Below are positions 42,801 through 54,800 of a stretch of 64,000 nucleotides of DNA, one piece after another. The notes below the pieces were generated by a model, which saw only the letters and a program-made list of their open reading frames with translations, made no database searches and was not told the origin of the DNA. The DNA is from Harriotta raleighana. Its lineage: Eukaryota. Made by a program: the position numbers and the translations under genes. The first letter of the stretch is position 1, and each line of letters starts with the position of its first letter. The DNA lies in NCBI GenBank assembly GCA_050575255.1, contig JBNZDD010013708.1, positions 4,866,810 to 4,930,809 on the forward strand, given 5' to 3'.

Positions 42801-45800
42801 TTGCGGTGTATTCAGACTAAGGTACAGCATAAAGACTAATAGTTTGCCTTGTGTGCTTGCAGAACTTGTACAAACTTGATCTGCAGTGGCTGAAGGGTAT
42901 TGGCTGGAGTACTATAGGATCGATAGATGTGGAAAAAGCCAAGAAAGCTGGAGAGATCCTGAGCGAGCATAAATATCGGCAGCACCCGGACACCTTGAAA
43001 TTCACCAGTGATCCTGAATCAATGGACCTGGTCCTAGCTAAGACTAATGCTCTTTTAATGAACAAGGTAAGAGCGTCGTTTGTCAGTTGGACATTAACTC
43101 CAGTAAGATTTTGCCATTGAAAGTAACTTGTTGATCATTTCACTTGATGATCAGCAGTTTCTTTGTCTATGTGCTAGGAGCAATGATAGCAGTAATGCTT
43201 TGGGACGCTATCCTATGTGAGGGGCATTATATAAATGTTTGTTGTTGTTCTTGTTGCTGTTGTTGTCGACATGCTACCACAGAGGTTTAGACAATCTGTA
43301 GTTTTTGTGGTGATTCACATTTCCGTTATACATACCTTCCATCCTAATGGCATTTTTGTCTCGGGGTCAGAAAGCTGTGGGTTGAATCCCTGCATCTCGT
43401 CTCCTAGCCAATAATGCCCCAGATAACTTAATCATAGCTGTTTATTGGACATTTCAATGTGAAAACCGGTTGTTGCGTTTCCCCAAAACACACAGTCACT
43501 ACACTTTATAGCAACACATGTGAAGTATTTTTAATATAATAGTTACTTTATCAAATATGAAAATGATTATTATCATTAATGTATATATTATAGTATATTT
43601 TTATCATTATTATTTTGTCATTACAATTTAAATCACTCTGTAGAGGTAGTTTCTAGATAGTTTTCAGTGGTGGATCACCAGACAAATGACTCTGCCACAT
43701 TAAACATGAATGGATATTGCTTAGTATGTTTGAACTGCCCGAAGTAGCTACTTTTTTTGCAGCAAGTTGATTTTTTTTGTTCATCATACTTTGTCATACA
43801 ATTTCTGAATAGTCTTATTTTCAGTTATTAATAATTCTCTTATTATATTCTTCTTTAGGGTAATCTGCTGGGCTTGATAACAACAGTTATTGTTAATGAT
43901 ATGCTGTACATAGACAAGGGACAGCATTGCCCTGTGTCTGTTGAATACCATTGTGATTTATTTTTTCCTTCACATTTTGCAACAGAAACTTTACACAAAG
44001 GCCTGGGAGAAAGACAAGACACGGGTTCACATCACAGCTGATGCTCCTGAGATCGTTCTGGCAAAAGCAAACGTTGCTAACATTAGCGATGTAAGTGTTT
44101 GAGTGATACGGGTTTGTACAATTTGAGGTGAATTTAGGATTAGGTGGGGCAGGTGGGCCAGGCAGGAGTTAGCTTAGTCTCCCTGTTATACTGTAAAGTG
44201 TATTAACTTTGTGTTTCACCACACAATAAACAGTCAATTCATTTTACAGTATATTCTGTAATATACTGTAATTCTTTGAATGTGATTCTTTTAATGTGTG
44301 CAATTGCACACATTAGTATCCCATAAACAGTCGTGAATTGATTGACTAATCAATAGATGTCTGGATAACGTAATAAGGCGCTAATTCAATGCAAGGATTA
44401 TTATTAGTAGGAAGCGCTGGCTGATGCTACATTGCTTGAAGATCGCTATATAAATGCAAGTTGTCGATTTTGTTAATATTATTATATCAAATACTATTAT
44501 TGATTTTATACCAGTACATAAGCTAAACTTCACACAGAGCAAATCATACTTTCTTTATGTCTGCAAATGTTCACCCTGGAAATCTCAGCTAGTCTCAGGC
44601 AGTGGGAACATTTTGGCTAAAGAATTTAAGACGATGAGCAGAATTGTGGAAAATTCTTAAATGAGTTTTTCAGAAGCTTGAGAGCCTTTAAATAAAATTT
44701 AGTCAATTAATTCACGACTGTTTATGGGATACTAATGTGTGCAATTGGCTACCGCGTTTCATCCACAAAATCTACAATCAATTTATTTTACTGTAGTTTC
44801 TGTGAAGCACTTTCAGACTTCTCAACAATCTAATAAAGCACTATATCAAATGCAAGGAATAGTATTACAAAATTTTACCTGGACTCTCTTTGAGCAACTG
44901 TAAAAAAAAAATGGCTTCCATATTCAGACTGTATTTAAGATTTGTCCACAGTTTTAAGAGAAGAAATAAATTGGATTTGCAGGATGAAACCAGGTGGTGT
45001 TTCAGATCTTGGTGCATCCAATAACTAAACTCAATTAATACCAAACTGTTCAATGTGTCTGACAGAAAGTATACAAAAAGGGATATGAAGAATTGAAGAA
45101 GAAAGGCTACGATCTCACGAAAGATGCCATTTCCATCAAACTCGCAAAGGCTTCCAGGGACATCGCCAGCGATGTACGTAAGAGCAGGTTTCATGTCAAT
45201 TTTTACCTCCATTGCCATTCTGTGAGCAAATCAATGTTGATACCACACCTTGACATTCTCTCACTGTGCAGTACAAGTACAAGACGGGTTATCGCAAGCA
45301 GGTGGGTCACCACGTGGGATGCCGTAACGTTCAGGACGACCCCAAGATGGTTTGGTCGATGCACGTGGCCAAGATTCAGAGCGACAGGGAGTACAAGAAG
45401 GACTTTGAGAAGAGCAAGACCAAGTACAACATACCAGTGGACATGCTGGATATCCAGTTGGCCAAGAAATGCCAAACCCTAGTCAGCGACATTGACTACA
45501 GACACTACCTGCACCAGTGGACCTGTCTGCCCGACCAGAACGATGTGATCCAGGCTCGGAAGGCCTACAACTTGCAGAGCGATGTAAGTTAGTTGGAAGA
45601 AATGTGGGTTGCTTGCAAATGATTGACAAAGTTGGAGGCAAATAATGTTAACGCCAAATGCAAACTGATGCATGCAATTCCAAACCAAGTTACAAGTGCT
45701 GTTCTGTACAGCAGGACAACTCTCCTGTATCCTCACACTGTAAAGGGTTCCCTACCATTTCCTATCCAATTTCACTGTAGAAAATCTTTCGGATTTGTAT

Positions 45801-48800
45801 ATAGGTGATGTGATGTTACTACTTAAATGAGCAGGATGCTTTATTGTTTGTTGTCTTGTAGATGGCAAGATACTGATATGATTCTTTGAATGCCTACTTC
45901 TGATCTAAGCGTAAAGTAATTTGCACTTGTACATTTATATTTCTGAGCACAGCGGGCATAGTCTATCATTGCCAGTATTCAACCAACGAAAACAGAAAAG
46001 TGTGTAGAAAAGGATAAAGTTTATGATATTCCTTATTCAGTTCCTTCATTAGTTTCTTCAATTGAGTTAAGGAACACATGAAAGACTGCTACAAATATTA
46101 TCCTTTTCCTTTTCAAAATCCATTTTCTTTGGATTCAGTTGATTAAAATGTTAGCAAGTGAGGAGTGAATATGGGTTGCATTTGTAGCATTGAAAAGTTC
46201 ATGTCTAATAATAGAACTATATAGCACAGAAGGAGGCCATTCAGCCCATCATGTCTGTTCTGGCTCTTTGAAAAGCATTGTCCAAATGAATCCCCCACCC
46301 CCCCCACCACTATCACTCCATCGGCCTGCAAGCTTGTCCTCCGTAAATAATTAGCGACTTATCTCTTAAAAGTTGTTATCGAATCGGTTTCCAGTATCCT
46401 TTCAAGCAATGCATTCCAAATACAATTCACCAGAAGAAAAAATTTTGTCCTTACCTCCTGTCTGTTTCTTTTAACAACTATTTTAAATCAGTGTCCTCAG
46501 GTAATTGACTCACCTGTCAGTTGAAAATTGTTTGTCTTGTGCAAGGACACAACACCCCATTCACACTTTCACCAGGGAATGGGCTGCCAATTGCAAATAG
46601 CCACCAACCTCTTATGGATATATAACAAATTAAATTGAAGTTAAATGACCTGTGTACATTTATTTGGAGATAATGTATGCATCACATTACAGCATCTTCT
46701 TAACCTTGTAATTGCCAGTTTACCCAATCAATATACCAGCACATCCATTTATCTAATAGTAAGTAGGATCAGGGTTGTTAGTTGATTGATGGATCACTTT
46801 TCCAGAGTAATAATCCCTTAAAAGAAATTAAGAACACTCAAGTCACTCAATCCACGACTATCTGTCGGAGCTGCTGTTCTCAATTGGCTACTGCATTTCT
46901 CCCACAAAATATACAATCAGTTCAATTTACATTCTATTCCATGAAGCGCTTTGAGACGTCTGGAAGACATAAGGTGCCATATCAAACAAATATCATGATT
47001 ATTATTGTGATAGACATGTTCCTGTCACTTCATACAACCCTGAAATGGCATAATAAAGGCATTGGTTAAATTGTTTTGTTGTGTGCGCTTGCAGAATCTA
47101 TACAAACTGGATCTGCAGTGGCTGAAGGGCATCGGCTGGAGTCCGATTGAATCGCTGGATCTGGCAAAGGCCAAGAAAGCCGGAGATATCATCAGGGAGA
47201 GTAAATATCGCCAAAAACCGGATATCTGGAAATTCACCAGCGTGCCCGACTCTATGGAACTAGTCCTGGCTAAGAACAATGCACAGATGATGAACAAGGT
47301 AAGAGCATCTCACACTGGTTTGACCTGCTGTTAAGTCCATGGTTGTTGTACCCTTATGTGAAAGCCCCCCACCCAACCCTCAAACTTTGCGACTTTCTGA
47401 AAAGCAGCAGTGACCAATGTCAATCCTGCACCCATGTTAAAATGCGTGTTAACATTTGATTTGAGTACCAGATTTATCCATAAATTAAGTCAATGAGTTG
47501 GATTGTAAAGACTCAACAGTGGAGTTCTTTGCAGCTCACCACAAGACTGGTCACGCCTTGTGTGTTCAGCACTTGTGTGGATCCTCCTGTCATAGATGTC
47601 GGTGGGTGTGATATGCTTTCGGCGCTCACAGGCTCATTCCCAACGAGTGACATACATGTCCGCTATGCACAGAAAGCGCTGTGCTGATCATCACCGCTGA
47701 TCTAAGGACCCGGAAGTGCTGACAGGTTGCCATTTTCTTTTTACATTGCCCAATTTTAAAACAAGACGTAGGTTCATAAGGTTATAACGAAGTTAGACAA
47801 CAAGTTTTTTAAAAATATATTTATTTACCCCATGTCTGATTTATACCATACACTCCACTTTGCACCTGGGATTTTAAATGCACCCGATTTCAACATTCCC
47901 CACATGGAGTTCTTTAAAATGTTTAATACCTTGGATAATTACTACACTTCTATGTGGTTGAATGCCATTGTGATTTATTTGTCTCACACCCTCCCCCGCT
48001 TCTCTTTTGCAACAGAAAAGTTACATAGAGGCGTGGGAGAAGGACAAGACACAGATTCACGTCATGCCTGACACCCCTGAGATTGTCCTAGCTAAAGCGA
48101 ACACTGTCAACATTAGCGATGTAAGTGCTCTCAGGAGAATGTTCTATGAGAATTTGATGGGTCTTCAACTGTCAACCTCTGAAACGGCACTACTTAATAA
48201 AATTACGTTTTATGAAATGTTTTGCCCACAATATAGTTAATTCACTTTACAATATTGTCTGTAAAGCACATTGAGACTTCTTGAAGACATGACAAGGCAC
48301 TTCATCAAATGCAAGGATTACTATTATCATCATGTTCAAGAACCCAATTAAATTGTCTAGTGTGGTCCCGGCCAACATTTTCCAACTGCACCACCCCGAT
48401 AAAATACCTTCATGGCTGTTTGTGGGACATTTGTGTATGCAAACTGGCTGTTGCATTTCACAGTGAATGGTGTAAAGCACTTTCACGTCCTCCTGATTTG
48501 AAAGATGCCACATCAATTGCAAGGAACATTTTATTTCCAACGCTCACTTGGGGGTAGAAAGTTCACCGGGGTCTACACCATCTTTCTTAGCATTTCAGAG
48601 CCTCCAGAATTTGGCAGATTATTGATGATTCCAGTCTTATGTAAATTCCTTCAAAGAACTGCAAAAAAAACAGCTTCATAGTTAAGACTAAACTGAACAA
48701 TTATAATCAGTGAGTTGCTAACAGTAACAATTCTCCGAAGTGTTTTAACATGTCAATCAATCAATCCAAAAAATCATTATTGCATTTATATAGCACCTTT

Positions 48801-51800
48801 CACGTCGGGAGGACGTCCCAAGGCGCTGAACGATATGTCTCAACAATATGACAAAAAGCTATATCAAATGCAAGGAATATTATTATTGCTATTATGTCAC
48901 TGATACCATGTATCCTTCCTTATTCAATGCGTCTGACAGAAAATGTACAAAATGGGATACGAAGAATTAAAGAAGAAAGGCTACGATCTCACGAAAGATG
49001 CCATTTCCATCAAACTCGCAAAGGCTTCCAGGGACATCGCCAGCGATGTACGTAAGAGCATGTTTCATGCCGATTTTTAATTCCATTGACAATCTGTGAG
49101 CAAATCAATGTTGATAACACACCTTGACATTCTCTCACTGTGCAGTACAAGTACAAGACGGGTTATCGCAAGCAGGTGGGTCACCACGTGGGATGCCGTA
49201 ACGTTCAGGACGACCCCAAGATGGTTTGGTCGATGCACGTGGCCAAGATTCAGAGCGACAGGGAGTACAAGAAGGACTTTGAGAAGAGCAAGACCAAGTA
49301 CAACATACCAGTGGACATGCTGGACATCCAGTTGGCCAAGAAATGCCAGACTCTGGTCAGCGACATTGACTACAGACACTACCTGCACCAGTGGACCTGT
49401 CTGCCTGACCAGAACGATGTGATCCAGGCTCGGAAGGCCTATGACTTGCAAAGCGATGTGAGTGTGTGCAGTTTTTAAAGCTTAATGCTGTATCTGTGAT
49501 AAATTAGTCCAGTCCTTTAATAATCTTGTGTCATGTGAGAAAGTTACGTGCAGAAGGTTATGAATTCAAGCCACATATCTGGGCATTGAGTTCATAGTTT
49601 AGGCCAGAGTTGCCGAATTGATGGCAACCAATTCACTCCACACCCCCACTCTCCCTCCCCTCCCCCGCTCCCGCCATTTTTATCTGGCCCAAGGTAGAAA
49701 TCATCTATCTGTCCCTGAGCAGCCAAAAGTTTGGACCTTCCTGGTCTAGGCTGATTTCTGGGAGAACAAAAGTTCAGTTTAACTATCTCTGGCAGAATGG
49801 TTGACTGCAACTCTGGATAACTCTGAGGTTATCTATTTGTCAAAGTGTGTCTGGAAATAATGAAATGCCAACAAGCTGTGTTTTGGTTACAGAATTTGTA
49901 CAAACTGGACCTGCAGTGGCTGAGGGGCATTGGCTGGAGTCCAACTGAATCACTGGATGTGGCAAAGGCCAAGAAAGCCGGAGATATCATCAGCGAGAGT
50001 AAATATCGACAAAAACCGGACATCTGGAAATTCACCAGTGTGCTCGATTCTGTGGATCTGGTCCTGGCTAAAGCTAATGCACAGAATATGGACAAGGTAG
50101 AACAACCGTACTTTTAGTGTAACCTTGTTTAGTTGTGTTTGTTTTTGTTAAGAAATCTGGCCCAGATTAATACCCTGTGTGAGGCTAGCTATATAAATGC
50201 AATTGGTTGTTGTTGTTGTTGTTCAAACCGCTTTACTCCCTGGCACCTCTCCACCTGTCTAACATGCTCACTCAATCTCCAATCTACTACCCAGCGTCTC
50301 CATTAACTTGCATCGATCTCCTGCTTGTCCCTCTCACCTTCTGCTCCACTACTGAAGATTGCGCATTCAGCCACTACATTCCGAAACCCTGTAACACTCC
50401 CTCAATCCTGCTGCTTTACTCCCCCAATCCTGCTGCTTTACTCCCCCAATCCTGCTGCTTTACTCCCCCTCTCCCTTTTTTCAAGTCCCGCCTGAAAATC
50501 TTTCTTTTTGACCATGGTTACCGCCACCTCCCCACCCTTGCCTTGGAATCAGGCTCTGTCACTGTTGAGCGCTTTGAGATGTTACCTTGCGTGGAAGGCG
50601 TTATATAAGTGCAAATTATTCTTTGTTGTTGTTGTTTATGTTGTGTGACCTCAGTTACCAACCCCAATCTTTTCTATTTACATAGAATGCGTACATAAAA
50701 GCCTGGGAAGCAGAGAAGACTAACATTCATGTCATGCCAGACACCCCAGAAATACTATTAGCGAAACAGAACCAGATTACGTGCAGTGAGGTAAGAATGG
50801 ATAGCCGTCTTCAAGAGGATTCTGTGTGATAGATGTTCACTGTGTGATGGATGCTTTCTAATTAAAACCCAGGTTAAAGCCTGGCTGTGGTGGTAGCACT
50901 CTGACCTGTGAGGCGAAAGGTTGTGAATTCAATCACCTCATCATGTCGTAGACTCCACATTGTCTAGACTGATGCTCCAACGCAGTGCTCAGAAGTGCCA
51001 TCCTTCAGATGAGATGTTAGACTGAGAGCATGTTTGCGTGCCCAGATGGACATTTGTGATCCCTCGACAAAAAAAGGCAGAGGTTTTACTTGGTTCCCTG
51101 GTCAAAAACCCACAGATTAAATTGGTCACTCTGTCACTCTGCGGGATATTGTTCTGTGCAAATTGTCTGCCGCGTTCACCCACAAAATACACATGATCAC
51201 TCTACTTCACACTATATCCTGTGAAGCAGTTTGAGACGTCACCTGAATGTGATAAGGTGCTACAGCTAATGGATGTATTATTATTGTTGTTTATTATAAA
51301 TGAAAGGAAATATTATTTGGAAAAATAGGGAAAAGATTTTTGATCTTGAAAGAAGGGAAGGACAAATGCTGAAATAATGAATCCATAAGGGAACATCTCT
51401 GAGCTGACCAGAACGTGGAAGGACATATTATGTGTTGAAGGTGGCACTGAGAACATTTTTACTTTGTTGTTTCAGAAACAGTATAGGCTTGCATTGGAGG
51501 AATCAAAGAAGAAGGGTTATCACTTAACAAGTGACGCCATAGCGATAAAGGCTGCAAAAGCTTGCAGAGATATAGCCAGTGATGTAAGTTCTCATGCTTT
51601 GTGTTTTCCCAGTGAAGACTCCTGTACTAAGAGATACTTTTACTTGTGCCCTCTTGTCAACTCTCCCTCGTTTTCATACAATAATATATTAGTAATACAT
51701 AATAAATATTAACATATCGATCACTCAAACCACGACTGCTTGCAGGACATTGCTGTGCGCAATTGGCTGTTGTGTTCACCCACAAAATATACAGTCAATT

Positions 51801-54800
51801 CACTTACAGTACATTATATGAAGCCGTTTGAGATGTTTCGAAGAGTTTTAAGGGGCTGTTTTACATGCAAGGATTGCTATTATTAGTAGTAGAAGGGCTG
51901 ATTGACTAAGAATTGCTTGATATAAATGTAATTTTGTTGTTGTTTGTTGTTGATACACTTTGTCACACAACCTATTTCCCAAAGCAAATAGACTTTTTTT
52001 TTACACAATCAATTCTTTCCTCAACGTTCATTGTTAATCTGGTGTTACCAGTATAGCTTATACTCTAGAAATGTTCTTTGCTACTAAATTATGCTCTGTG
52101 ACCAATGTAAAAACGATCCTCATTTGGCTCCAACCAGTACAAGTACAAGACGGGTTACCGCAAGCAGGTGGGTCACCACGTGGGATGCCGTAACGTTCAG
52201 GACGACCCCAAGATGGTTTGGTCGATGCACGTGGCCAAGATTCAGAGTGACAGGGAGTACAAGAAGGACTTTGAGAAGAGCAAGACCAAGTTCAATGTTC
52301 CAGCGGACATGCTGGACATCCTATTGGCCAAGAAATGCCAGACTCTGGTCAGCGACATTGACTACAGACGCTACCTGCACCAATGGACCTGTCTACCCGA
52401 CCAGAATGATGTGATCCAGGCTCGGAAGGCCTACAACTTGCAGAGCGACGTGAGTACATTTTTACAAAAACCACTGTAAAATGGCAGCTGATGTCGCATT
52501 GATGTCGTCTGCAGCAAGCTGTCTCCCAAATTCGAAAACAATTGGCAAATTTTTGCTATTCCTGTATCATCGTAGCTTGTAAGGAAAAATATGGTTTTGT
52601 TGGCCCAGGCAGGAGGGAGTCATGTTTTACAGATCATAATTAAGGTATATTTCACCTGCAAAACATAGTTAATTCACTTTACAGTATACTTTATGAAGTC
52701 CTTTGAGATATCTCAAAGACGTGATAAGGTGGTGTATCAAGTGCAATGATTATTATTACCCTTCCCCTTACCCCCGACTCCCCACCACCCCACTCGGGTC
52801 CCAACCTGACTGTTCAGAGCTTTGGGACGTCCTCCAGATGTGAAAGGCACTATACAAATGTAATTTTGTTATTGTTATATTATATGTCACATCTATTATT
52901 ATTCCGTGTATGGGCCTGGTATAATGAAAGAAATATCATTCTGTACCAGGGGTGTCAAACATACATCGAACAGTCATGTTGCGCAGTGATTAGCTTGCTT
53001 GACTCGCAAGTGGAATGATTTGGGTTTGATTCCCAGGTGGGGGTGGGGGGGAATGAAACCTTAGACAAGTTCTTTGAGATGCCTTAACAATATGACGAGG
53101 CATTGTATCAAATACAAGGAATCTAAGGATTATTATTTCTTTGATAAATAGTGGCAAGTCAAGCAGCATTCTGAACATTTTCCCTTGTGCTCTGACAGCT
53201 CCAATACAAGAGTGACCTCCAGTGGCTAAGAGGCATCGGATGGATCCCTCATGGTTCTCTGGAAGTTGAGAAGGTCAAGAAGGCTGGAGACATCCTCAGT
53301 GAGAATAAATACCGCCAGCACCCTGCCAACTTCAAGTTCACCAGCTTGATGGATTCAGTACCCATGACATTGGCAACGGCTAACTCACAATTGCTCAACC
53401 AGGTAAGTTGCTCGTGAATGCGAGCAATTCTTTCCAACTCTACGGGATGTGGAGTCCTGGAACATATTCACTAGAACACTCACCTATAAGCAAGAGGACC
53501 TCAGTTTGATTCCCGGGCAGAGCGAAACCTTAGGCAAGTTTCTATACTCCACACGCCTCTGTTTACCTAGCAGGAAGTATGAACCCAATTCTTAGTCAAT
53601 TGGCAGATAATTTTTTGGTCGGGTAATAATCAATTAAAAAAAAATTGGTCACTCAATCCATGACTATTTGTGCAATTGGCTGCTGCGTTTTGCCCACAAA
53701 ATATACAGTCAATTAACTTTATAGTATATTCTGTGAAGCACTTTGAAAAGTCTAGAAGATGTGATAAGGCACTATACCACATGCAAAGATGATTAATATT
53801 GTCTTCAAATGGATTGGCAATATTAAATAAAAGCACTATTATTATTAATATTCTGGGTAATAATTGTTAGAAAGTGAGTTAAGTGAATATTTTGGTCAAA
53901 TATAAGCAAAGTAAGTTTTCGGACGACTACAATAAAGATCTGTGCATGCTTAATTTTTTCCCCAGCATCTCTACACTGAAGCATGGGAAAAGGACAAGCT
54001 GAATATTCACATTATGCCAGACACACCAGCGATTCTGCTAGCAAGCCAAAACAAAATCAATTTCAGCGAGGTTTGTATGCCACATTGGATTTAATTGATG
54101 TTATAACATGGGCCATTCAGCCCAACAAGTTGTTGCTTATGTTTATACACCACATAAGCCTCCACTCCTCTATTCCATTCCCCCTTGTTTATCCCAGTGA
54201 GAAACATGAATTAATACGTTCATGCTTTTTGCTTCAAACACAGTTTACGGTGGGTAGTAAGTTCCACATTCCTTTCTCCACTCCCCCCACCCTGCCTCTG
54301 TGTAAAGAAGTTCCTTCTAAAGTCTGTTTTGCTCACATCCCTTTTGCCTCCATTAATACACAGTCAATCCACTTCAAAATATATTCTGTGAAGTCCTTTG
54401 AGACGACTCAACAACGTGACAAAGCCCTGTAACAAACGCAAGGATTATTATTTTAGAGTTGCTCCTGGCTATCTTATGTCTATGCTTGCTTTGTTTTAAA
54501 ATCAGCAGAAATTGTCTATCTATTGAACAATCATAATTTAAAACGGCTCTATTTGGGACCCCATTCAAACATCGAATCTGCTCGGTAAAAGCAACAATCT
54601 CTCACACATTCCAAGCTCAGCACTCTGAAGCCTGCTTTGTCCTACACAGAAACAATACCGACTTGCGATGGAAGAATCAAAGAAGAAGGGATATGATCTG
54701 AGAGCGGATGCTATCTCCATCAAGGCGGCCAAAAAATCCAACGACATTGCCAGTGACGTAAGTCGACATTTATACAATCCGCTTCACTCACACTCAGCAA

